From positions 1-41,971 of IMG/VR virus record IMGVR_UViG_3300022217_000127: 41,971 nt of DNA; one strand, 5' to 3'. The DNA is from a virus. Taxonomy: Duplodnaviria > Caudoviricetes. The position numbers and the translations under genes are program-made. A model generated the notes under the pieces. The model made no database searches. It was not told the DNA's origin and was given only the letters and a program-made list of their open reading frames with translations. Each line of letters begins with the position of its first letter. The first letter of the stretch is position 1. Positions 1-7,153 of this stretch are shown one piece after another.

Positions 1-59
1 GCGGAAACCGTCTGGGGGGGGGGGGAGGGAAACGACGCGTGTCAGTGCAGGGCTGCAAC

Positions 60-1127
60 CTATGACTTGTGATCCTGGCAGTGGATCCCTACCCCCTCAG
101 CAGGGTTCCCGCAATCCATCACAGCGCAGAGCACAGGCCCGTCTGGGCCTTGCCAGGGTCCGTCAGGGTGCGAGGGATCGTCTGGGTGTTGCTCCTGAGG
201 CTGCTCAGTCTCAACTGAAAAGCTTGCCTGCCTCTGCTTGTACGCATCCCTAGCAGCGCTTGCGTCAGCTCCTGAGAGTTTCTTGCTGGCCAGCTCTGCG
301 CCTATGGCTTTCAACTCCTCGAGGCTTGAGCACGCACCGATCGAGGCTATGACCTCCGCGATCCCTGCAGGCGTCCCTCCAGACGCCCACTCAGCGATCA
401 GGCGCCCAGACTCCTCAGAGATTGCCTCACTGCTAGGGAACAGGTGCTTATGCTGCTCCTGGAGCTTCATTGGCGTAGGGTGTCCTGGTTTCTCGTCAGT
501 CATCAGGAGAGAGCAGGTCAACTCATAAGGCAGGTTCTTTTCTGTGATCGGTTGCCAGCCAGCGTTTGTGATCTGTGTTTTCCCTCTCTTGTCTTTCGCG
601 ATCTTGGTTTTCTCCTCAGCCCTGAAACAGAGGATCAGGTGTGCTCTGACCTGGAGCAGTCTCTGGACCATACGCTTGTGAGACATCTTGGGTTCAATCC
701 AGGCACGCTGACCATGTACTTCCCTGAGCTGCCATTCTGCCTGGCCCTGGCTCCTGGACATAGCGCGCTTAACAAACTCGTCAAGCTGCTCATCATGCCA
801 TTCTAGCAGACCCCCCTCCCCGTAGTGCTCATGGCTCATGTTATCCACAACGATCACGGGATAACCTGCAGCGTCAGCAGCCTTGATTGCTTCTGCATAT
901 GCGTCTGGTCTGAATGGGGCTCGCAGCTCCCCATGATCAAACTTGAACCGATCAGCGTAATGCAGGGCTCTGCGCGCCTCTGTGTCGATCACAGCAAAGG
1001 GTTTACCGCCTGAGATCCCTGACGCGAGCCTCATTGCTGAGAATGTCTTACCGGATCCGCTCGAGCCCACTAGACCGATCAGCAGTCCAACGTTCTCCCG
1101 TACGCCTGGCCTGAATGTGAAACCCAT
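60..1127 (-). CDS. Sak4-like / AAA_24-type P-loop ATPase (ssDNA-annealing recombinase) with C-terminal Cys/His tail
   Basis: Walker A GSSGSGKT, IDTE, Walker B VIVVD, 'LPYELT' motif; adjacent to RecE-like exonuclease; ATG at 1127 overlaps upstream stop, GGAGG RBS. Confidence 0.8.
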   Translation of the reverse strand: MGFTFRPGVRENVGLLIGLVGSSGSGKTFSAMRLASGISGGKPFAVIDTEARRALHYADRFKFDHGELRAPFRPDAYAEAIKAADAAGYPVIVVDNMSHEHYGEGGLLEWHDEQLDEFVKRAMSRSQGQAEWQLREVHGQRAWIEPKMSHKRMVQRLLQVRAHLILCFRAEEKTKIAKDKRGKTQITNAGWQPITEKNLPYELTCSLLMTDEKPGHPTPMKLQEQHKHLFPSSEAISEESGRLIAEWASGGTPAGIAEVIASIGACSSLEELKAIGAELASKKLSGADASAARDAYKQRQASFSVETEQPQEQHPDDPSHPDGPWQGPDGPVLCAVMDCGNPAEGVGIHCQDHKS

Positions 1128-1975
1128 CACTCACCTCCCTCGTAACAGGCTGATCGGTTCTCAAAATCCCATGTTTTGTATTCCGGCAGCTCTGCCCAGT
1201 GAATGTGATGTTGATAGCCTGGCCAGGATTTCTCCTGCATGCATCGCTTCCAGACTCGCGACGCTGCAGCAATCTTGCGCTCTGCAAGCTCAAGCATCTG
1301 AGGCCCGATCCCGACAACAGAGCAGGCATAAGGCGCCTCGATCTCCTGCACGAGGAATAAGAATTCTCTCTGAGCAGGACCCTCAAGGTTGTATAGGCCC
1401 TGCAGCGCAAGCGCTCCCTGGATGTCATAGTGAGAGCGCATCAACACAGACCGGATCCAGGTCAGGGGATCGGCGTTTGTTGCTGTCTTGTAATCGATCG
1501 CTAACAGCCTATCCTTCGAGAGCCAGTCAGGTTTTGACCTGTACCAGATCCCATCACTCTCCCAGACCATTGTTAGCTCTGAGTGCCCAGCTCCAAACTC
1601 GCAGAGCCTGTCTCTGCCTACCTGAGCCATAGCCTCGAGCTGCTCTCGTTGCTTCTCCAGCATAGGGATCTTGAGCTGGGCGTGTGCAACGTCTCTCTCC
1701 TCCTTTGCTGCCTTTGTCCTGAAATCTGCAGCGTCAATCCAAACAATCCGATCGTCACCTCCAAGCACAAGCTCATGTGCAGCTGAGCCGAGGTCAGCTC
1801 TGTTGCTGTTGCTGTCCGTCCTGCCTCCGAGTCTCGGGTGCGAGTGATAAACATGCAGAGGAGATCTCTCGATCAGATCTCCGATCACTCCCTTGCTCAG
1901 AGACGGCTCAGGACAAGGATCGTTGATGTAGTCAGCGAATAGAATATGAGGGTGTATCCCTGGATTGAGATCCAT
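1127..1975 (-). CDS. RecE/exonuclease VIII-like PD-(D/E)XK nuclease (DUF3799-like)
   Basis: LS.S/G..., G.AAH..VL, RSKPD..., IDYKT, Y.IQ.A.., F.F.VQE..APY motifs. Confidence 0.85.
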   Translation of the reverse strand: MDLNPGIHPHILFADYINDPCPEPSLSKGVIGDLIERSPLHVYHSHPRLGGRTDSNSNRADLGSAAHELVLGGDDRIVWIDAADFRTKAAKEERDVAHAQLKIPMLEKQREQLEAMAQVGRDRLCEFGAGHSELTMVWESDGIWYRSKPDWLSKDRLLAIDYKTATNADPLTWIRSVLMRSHYDIQGALALQGLYNLEGPAQREFLFLVQEIEAPYACSVVGIGPQMLELAERKIAAASRVWKRCMQEKSWPGYQHHIHWAELPEYKTWDFENRSACYEGGE

Positions 1976-2017
1976 AGCGTCGTTTCCTCTCTTGTTAGAG
2001 TCCCCTAGTACAGATTC

Positions 2018-2046
2018 AGTTTACAGGCCTGATCCTCTCGTGTCTA
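2018..2046 (-). promoter_or_regulatory. sigma70-like promoter upstream of exonuclease
   Basis: TAGACA-N17-TAAACT on minus strand, mostly in the intergenic gap (-35 overlaps the upstream stop codon), followed by AGAGG RBS. Confidence 0.55.
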
Positions 2047-3315
2047 CTTCTCAGGCGCAGCGATCTCTCCGTCCTCGATCACAACGCTGCATTCTGAGCC
2101 AGCACCAACTCGCTCGATCCAGACCTGCGCGTCAGCATCAGCAGCCATCTTTGCAACTAGCTCGAGATTGTCAGAGTCAAGCAATGAGCCGTCTTTACAC
2201 AGCAACACCTTGAGACCAGAATGCAGAGCCAGGCCCATTGCAACGGAGCATCTCAGCTGCTCAGCAGAGGACGCTTGTAGGAATGGAACACCTCCAAGCT
2301 CGATCCCCTCGTCAGTAACAACCAGTCCGTCAATCGGGTATTTGACTGCCTGGATTGCTTCTGCCTTCTCCTGATCAAGCGCGTCTATTCCTCGAGTGAT
2401 CTCCTGGTAGCGTTTGGAGGTGTCCTCAACCTCCTGCTTGGCTTTCTTGTGTGCGTGTTTGGCTCGCACGTTGCCGTTGACTTCCTCGGCTGAGTCTATT
2501 TTCTCCTGGATCTCTGATGGATCCTTGTCCTCGAGCTTATTGACCTCTGCGGCAATGTGCTCCTCGTTTGCCTCATCCTCAACTAGCCTAGACTGCAATA
2601 GCTGCAGCTCTTTTTTCAGCCCGTGGATCTTATCTGCAACATTGCCCACCAGGGCCTGGGCCTTTGCCCTGTTGTTTGTTGCGTCTATAAGGGCATTCCT
2701 CTGCTTGTCGTTTGCTGCGTTGTGGCTGCGTATTGCCTCAAGTTCAGCAACAGCATCCTTGATCGAGATCTCCTCGTCAGGCGTCTCAACGTCTGCGAAG
2801 GATGTTGGACGATCAGCGAGAATCGCTCTTGCCTGTTTCAGGTCCCTGCCTACGTCTGTGCGCTGCGTGTAGAGGTCTGCTCGCTTCTCCTCGAGCTGAG
2901 AGAAATCCAGGCCTGCAAGCTTGCGCACAGTCTCAGCCTGCTCTGCTGGTTTCATTCGCGAGAACTCGAGAGGGTCAAACGATAGCGTCCCTATCAACTC
3001 GTCAAGCATCGCCTGAGGTGAGTTGAACTTGCTCCCGTCCTTTGCTGTTACCTCGATCTGCGTCCCTTTTTTGCTGAACGTGCGCCTGGCTGTTAGCTCG
3101 TCAGTCTCGAGAATAATCTCTGCTTTCTTTGCTCCCTTGCGGATCGGCTCCTCTGGGCAATTCTTTTTTCCTCCGAGCGCAGCTCTGATCGCATCTAGCG
3201 CAGAGCTTTTACCTGCCATGTTCTTACCGCCAATGATCACAGCGGCACCTGTAGGCTCGATCCGAATAGCCTTAAGGCGTTTAAAGTTCTCAGCTTCAAG
3301 TGAAATGATTTTCAT
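2044..3315 (-). CDS. SMC/Rad50-like ABC-type ATPase with long coiled coil (AAA_23-like)
   Basis: MKI..L.AENFK, Walker A GKNMAGKS, central coiled coil, signature ASSAEQ, Walker B LLCKDGSLLD. Confidence 0.85.
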   Translation of the reverse strand: MKIISLEAENFKRLKAIRIEPTGAAVIIGGKNMAGKSSALDAIRAALGGKKNCPEEPIRKGAKKAEIILETDELTARRTFSKKGTQIEVTAKDGSKFNSPQAMLDELIGTLSFDPLEFSRMKPAEQAETVRKLAGLDFSQLEEKRADLYTQRTDVGRDLKQARAILADRPTSFADVETPDEEISIKDAVAELEAIRSHNAANDKQRNALIDATNNRAKAQALVGNVADKIHGLKKELQLLQSRLVEDEANEEHIAAEVNKLEDKDPSEIQEKIDSAEEVNGNVRAKHAHKKAKQEVEDTSKRYQEITRGIDALDQEKAEAIQAVKYPIDGLVVTDEGIELGGVPFLQASSAEQLRCSVAMGLALHSGLKVLLCKDGSLLDSDNLELVAKMAADADAQVWIERVGAGSECSVVIEDGEIAAPEK

Positions 3316-3324
3316 ACGCTTCCC

Positions 3325-3543
3325 TCAGGCGCATACGCGCAGCAATGAGCGATCCAGCACAAGCTGACCGCTATAGGTCCAACCGATATTGATATGAGAT
3401 CCGCAAGGACATTGACGCTGCTCCAGGATGTCAGGCTCACCTAGCTCTGGCTCACACTCCAGGTCTGCGAGTTTCTTGTCTGGCAGCTCCTGCCATTGTT
3501 CCCAGGTGTAGGAGGCACCACAGGCGCAGCGTTTGATGATCAT
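3325..3543 (-). CDS. small Cys-rich putative Zn-binding protein
   Basis: CxCG ... CxCG pairs; ATGA-coupled to upstream gene. Confidence 0.6.
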   Translation of the reverse strand: MIIKRCACGASYTWEQWQELPDKKLADLECEPELGEPDILEQRQCPCGSHINIGWTYSGQLVLDRSLLRVCA

Positions 3544-3776
3544 GCCCGTCCCTTTGAGTATTCAGTGAACGCATTGATCTGCAGAACCAGATCCTCACTC
3601 GAGAACTTGCGAGCGTCCTGAGGCAGCCAGTCCAAGAAATATTGCACAAACTCCTCAACGTCTGAGAAGCAATGCTCAACCTCCTTAGGCAGGCTGATCA
3701 CAGGACCAAACGCTACGCCTGTGCTTGTACAGAACAGGATCGCAACCTCGCTGTTGTGTATGTAATCAACGGCCAT
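3540..3776 (-). CDS. hypothetical protein (MAVDYIHNSE...)
   Basis: start moved to ATG 3776 with GGAGG RBS; coupled to neighbours. Confidence 0.6.
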   Translation of the reverse strand: MAVDYIHNSEVAILFCTSTGVAFGPVISLPKEVEHCFSDVEEFVQYFLDWLPQDARKFSSEDLVLQINAFTEYSKGRA

Positions 3777-3930
3777 TCTCATCCTCCACATCGTCTCTCT
3801 CCTGGTATTCAAGCCTGCAATCAGGACCGCAGAAATCAACGCAGTCCTCGCTAATGAACGCGTCACAGTTCAGGCAATACGATCCGAAATCATCTCGCCC
3901 GTACGTGGGATCGTCTTGATACTCGCTCAC
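3766..3930 (-). CDS. 54-aa acidic Zn-finger protein (not in ORF track)
   Basis: manual translation MSEYQDDPTYGRDDFGSYCLNCDAFISEDCVDFCGPDCRLEYQERDDVEDENGR; CxxC...FCxxxC; GTGA overlap with upstream stop; fills the gap. Confidence 0.65.
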   Translation of the reverse strand: MSEYQDDPTYGRDDFGSYCLNCDAFISEDCVDFCGPDCRLEYQERDDVEDENGR

Positions 3931-4181
3931 CTCAGACACCCGATATCCTCGAGCAAGAACCGAGTCGCAGAGCAGCTAGGCTCAGAGCACTCACGCCAAT
4001 CAGCTTGATCGTGCGTCGCCTGGTGCAGCTTGCTGGTCACGTCAATCAGAGCCTCGAGCATCCGATCGATCACGATCGTTGACTTGGCAAGCTCGAGCCT
4101 GGCTAGGTAGAGATTCCCAGCTGCCTCGCTGTGTGCCTTTGAGATTCTAAACGCAATGGTCTTGTGATCTAGATTGCTCAC
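3927..4181 (-). CDS. hypothetical protein
   Basis: GTG start behind AGAGGAAAC RBS; helical N-terminus, H...C...C near C-terminus. Confidence 0.6.
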   Translation of the reverse strand: MSNLDHKTIAFRISKAHSEAAGNLYLARLELAKSTIVIDRMLEALIDVTSKLHQATHDQADWRECSEPSCSATRFLLEDIGCLR

Positions 4182-4223
4182 GTCGTTTCCTCTCTGCGTC
4201 AGAGACGCAGCCCCAGTAACAAG

Positions 4224-4403
4224 TTACACGCTAGGCCTGTAGTCCTCCAGCCTGATCCTGTAAAGCCTAATTCGATTCCAAAGTGTTCGCAGAGGCATAC
4301 TCAGCTGGTCAGACGCCAACGAGACATTGCCATCACAATCACCCAGAGCTTTCTTGATCTCGTATCGCTCCAGCTCCGCGAGTTTGTCTTTTAGGGGTTT
4401 CAT
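4224..4403 (-). CDS. stand-alone Fis/NtrC-family HTH (HTH_8) DNA-binding protein, 59 aa (not in ORF track)
   Basis: manual translation MKPLKDKLAELERYEIKKALGDCDGNVSLASDQLSMPLRTLWNRIRLYRIRLEDYRPSV matches L..LER..I..AL...GN...AA..L.....TL....; AAGGA RBS. Confidence 0.85.
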   Translation of the reverse strand: MKPLKDKLAELERYEIKKALGDCDGNVSLASDQLSMPLRTLWNRIRLYRIRLEDYRPSV

Positions 4404-4423
4404 TGTTTGCCGTCCTTTACGCC

Positions 4424-4449
4424 CAATGCCCGCGCTAGGCGGGCTATTG
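4424..4449. terminator. GC-rich stem-loop between first early gene and Fis-like gene
   Basis: caat-gcccgc-gctag-gcgggc-tattg inverted repeat; no clear U-tract so function uncertain. Confidence 0.35.
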
Positions 4450-4470
4450 AGCTGCGTGCGGCTTGCTGCC

Positions 4471-4713
4471 TTACTTGATTATCTCCAGGGCATTGACATC
4501 AAATTTTGCCTTGCGTCCGCCTGTCCAGGCTGCCGTCAGGCTGGCGCAGATGATGTATGTTTGTTTGTTGGCGGTTTTGCAGTAGAGCCGTCCGTCATCC
4601 AGCACTCTCTTGATTGTCATCTCTCTGGTTGAAACCTTGCCCTTGCCAGTTCCTGAGCTTGCATAAATCGGGACTCTCTCTAGCGTTACCGTGAGCCTGG
4701 TTCCTTCTATCAT
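4471..4713 (-). CDS. small basic beta-rich hypothetical protein, first gene of early operon
   Basis: ATG at 4713 behind AGAGGGGG RBS; MIEGTRLTVTLERV... Confidence 0.65.
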   Translation of the reverse strand: MIEGTRLTVTLERVPIYASSGTGKGKVSTREMTIKRVLDDGRLYCKTANKQTYIICASLTAAWTGGRKAKFDVNALEIIK

Positions 4714-4753
4714 CTCGTTCCCCCTCTGTGTCCGTGTTGTCATGCACTTATCT

Positions 4754-4772
4754 ATTGCACCGAGTGTGCCAA
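4754..4772 (-). promoter_or_regulatory. sigma54 (RpoN) -24/-12 promoter
   Basis: minus strand TTGGCACACTCGGTGCAAT: TGGCAC-N5-GTGCA with exact GG-N10-GC spacing; predicted +1 near 4745, ~30 nt before ATG. Confidence 0.7.
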
Positions 4773-4785
4773 ACCTGCACGCACA

Positions 4786-4803
4786 TAAACTACTGTAATC
4801 ACT
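4786..4803. promoter_or_regulatory. IHF-like site between promoter and enhancer
   Basis: minus strand TTACAG-TAGT-TTA resembles WATCAR-N4-TTR, at about -40 to -58. Confidence 0.4.
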
Positions 4804-4819
4804 GGGCCCGATTTCAAAC

Positions 4820-4925
4820 TGTGTAAAAATTACATACTGCAGGTGCCGCAAATTGTCACCTGTCCAATAATTACAGGTGTTTGCGTGTGACAAAAAACGG
4901 CACACAGTGCAAATTGTGCACAGCT
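4820..4925. promoter_or_regulatory. array of imperfect palindromes (candidate enhancer/operator sites)
   Basis: TGTAA-AAA-TTACA; GCCGCAAATTGTCAC; CACCTGT-N9-ACAGGTG; TGTG-N11-CACA; GTGCA-AATTG-TGCAC. Confidence 0.5.
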
Positions 4926-5121
4926 CCAGGGAGGCGCTCCCAGGGCAGGCTGAGACAATGGCAAAGTGAGAGGGACGCTGCGTGTAGGCCTCTGTAATCA
5001 CGCTAGCTCAACAGCGGATAGGCTAGAATCGATTAAGCTGAGACGAAAGTCTGCAAGTAAGGACCTGCCTCACAGAGGCGCTTAGAATGGCTTAAAATGA
5101 GTCGTTTTGTAACCTGCTGAT

Positions 5122-5745
5122 TTAAACCGAGAATATCAGCCCTGAATCGAACAGCTGACGCCTTGCGTTATCCTGGACCAGGGTAGCCACGTCATCGCGT
5201 ACGTGATTCATCACCAGCAGGTCACCAGGACAGGCGTTGACGCCTCCAGGGGCCTTGCTGCCATCGTGTGATGCTCGCTCCTCCCCGTGTCCCTTGATCA
5301 CGCGGTAGGGGTCTTTACCAAACGCCACACAGAGCAGAGCGAGCAGGTCAACCAGTGAGCCGTACTGAGCAGCAGACGCGGGAGCTACTCGCCCGTCGAA
5401 TATCAGACCGATCCCTAGGCCATGTTTGCTAAAGCGTCTGGCATGATGCCCGATCTCCTCGAGAGGCAAGCACTGCCACACTCGCCCGTCATAATCTGCA
5501 GGCCCAAGATCTCCGCCAATCATCAGCGAGTAGGCAAGCTGTCCGCCTGTTACACGTGAAACCTCAGGCCAACGAGGATCCTTCCCTGTAAACACGTTGC
5601 AGATCTCAACGGCATTGTGCCCGAGGACGATCCCTGACTTTGAATCAACACCAACTCGATGCACATAGAACGCCTCGAGCTTTGTCCAGTCACGGAACTG
5701 AGAGTTGCCGTCATAGACCTCAGGGATCACATTCTCGATCAGCAT
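5122..5745 (-). CDS. endolysin, N-acetylmuramoyl-L-alanine amidase (Amidase_2)
   Basis: YVH, AYSLMI..DG.V, G.HA, GIGL, GH.E, ACPG zinc-amidase motifs; no obvious cell-wall binding domain. Confidence 0.85.
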   Translation of the reverse strand: MLIENVIPEVYDGNSQFRDWTKLEAFYVHRVGVDSKSGIVLGHNAVEICNVFTGKDPRWPEVSRVTGGQLAYSLMIGGDLGPADYDGRVWQCLPLEEIGHHARRFSKHGLGIGLIFDGRVAPASAAQYGSLVDLLALLCVAFGKDPYRVIKGHGEERASHDGSKAPGGVNACPGDLLVMNHVRDDVATLVQDNARRQLFDSGLIFSV

Positions 5746-5748
5746 GAG

Positions 5749-5979
5749 CTACACCACAAAATCGGGATCATGGGCAGGAGGCGTGTAGGTCGCCTCTCTG
5801 TGAGCCAGCGTGTAGCCCTTGTTCAGAACATCATTGAGCCAGCGCTTGATCACTTGCCCAACCCATTCTGTGTCACTGACTGGAGGGTTTGAAATATTCG
5901 GATACATCCTCAGGAAACCTGCGCGAGCATTGTTGACCTTAGCGTCTGGTATCGTGAGAGTGATGTTGATGTCTGCCAT
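5749..5979 (-). CDS. small hypothetical, possible fibre assembly protein
   Basis: directly follows a fibre gene; GAGG RBS. Confidence 0.55.
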   Translation of the reverse strand: MADINITLTIPDAKVNNARAGFLRMYPNISNPPVSDTEWVGQVIKRWLNDVLNKGYTLAHREATYTPPAHDPDFVV

Positions 5980-5987
5980 GATTCACC

Positions 5988-7151
5988 TCAGACTGCTGCA
6001 GAGAGTCCTGCACCCTCGAGCACGTCAATGATTGCGTTGATCGCTGTTCTCGCTTCTGAGTCCTGAGTCACTCCGCCTGTTGGGTCACTAACCTTTGTGG
6101 GTTGCGAGCCAGGAGGAGTGACACCAAACGCACTAAACCCTAGGCCAACTTGCAGCTCCATATCCTGAGTACCGCTGATAGTTCCTACTGTGAGACGGTT
6201 AGCTGCTGTTGTTACTGAGTCTGTACCTATGCAAGCTGCGTTATTGTGACCAACAACAACGTTGTATCCTATCCCGATCCCACCAGTGCCAGCATTGTTT
6301 GCTGCAGATCCATACCCGAGTAACGTCTGAAACGTGCCAGAGTTTGCTTGCGACACTGCGCCTACGCACGTGGATCCCTGCGTAGCGATCACATCGATCC
6401 CTACACCTACCGCCTCATTTCCCTGGCCCTCTGGCTGATCTCCGATCAATACAGAGTCATCACCAGAGCTTTGAGCATTCCTACCTATACAGACGCAGGT
6501 TGCTCCAGCGCTGCTAGCACCAGGCCCAGCAATAAAGCTTCCTGCCCCAACTCCAGCCGAGTCTAACCCAGCGCATACTAATGCACCCTTGCCTGTGCTT
6601 CCGTCACTTACGCGCAGAACTCCTGCAGCGTTGCGCACTAATCCAAGGTCTGCTGTGCCGAAGTATGTTGTGTCGCTGCTCCAGACGAAATGCATGTCTG
6701 ATCGGTTCTGATGCCAGACAGAACTCACACCAAACGCAAAGGAGTTACCGTTGCCGCCAACTATCGTGCCTGTGTTGAGCTGCGCGAATCCCCCGCCTCC
6801 AGCTAGCTTTATGTTTACCGTTGCAGCTTGTCTCTGAATCAACGGATAGGCGTTAGTCTTACCGCCCATAAATATACCGTTGACATCAAGGCCTGTTGAG
6901 TCAGTGAGTAGGAGATCTCCGTCAACGCTAGTATCAATGATAGTTGGGCCAGTTAGGCCAACCCCCAACTCTATTACTGTCCCGCCTTGCTCAACGCTCT
7001 TACGGAAGTACATGCCTCCGTCGACACTCTTTGCATAAAACTGAGCCAGGCCACTAACGGCAGCAGGATCTCCTGACAACTCCTCGAGGTGAAACTCACT
7101 CTCATAAACCTGCACGCCTCGATAGGTTACTCCGCCAATTTGAGTTGTCAT
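5988..7151 (-). CDS. tail fibre/adhesin with YadA-head-like repeats
   Basis: ~14-aa repeats such as CVCIGRNAQSSGDD SVLIGD, STCVGAVSQA, GIGIGYNV, AACIGTDS; C-terminal 'ARTAINAII..L...GL' helix. Confidence 0.7.
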   Translation of the reverse strand: MTTQIGGVTYRGVQVYESEFHLEELSGDPAAVSGLAQFYAKSVDGGMYFRKSVEQGGTVIELGVGLTGPTIIDTSVDGDLLLTDSTGLDVNGIFMGGKTNAYPLIQRQAATVNIKLAGGGGFAQLNTGTIVGGNGNSFAFGVSSVWHQNRSDMHFVWSSDTTYFGTADLGLVRNAAGVLRVSDGSTGKGALVCAGLDSAGVGAGSFIAGPGASSAGATCVCIGRNAQSSGDDSVLIGDQPEGQGNEAVGVGIDVIATQGSTCVGAVSQANSGTFQTLLGYGSAANNAGTGGIGIGYNVVVGHNNAACIGTDSVTTAANRLTVGTISGTQDMELQVGLGFSAFGVTPPGSQPTKVSDPTGGVTQDSEARTAINAIIDVLEGAGLSAAV

Positions 7152-7153
7152 AG

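Noticed and set aside
14-25. 12-G homopolymer as a phase-variation tract
   Set aside because: At the window edge, non-coding as far as visible, and prone to sequencing error; cannot be assessed
4898-4912. Second sigma54-like element on plus strand (CGGCACACAGTGCA)
   Set aside because: GG-to-GC spacing is 8, not the obligatory 10, and no plus-strand gene follows
4714-5001. N-terminal extension of the 176-aa ORF 4471..5001
   Set aside because: No RBS at the distal start, Cys-scattered non-protein-like sequence, runs through the promoter/palindrome region; strong RBS precedes ATG 4713
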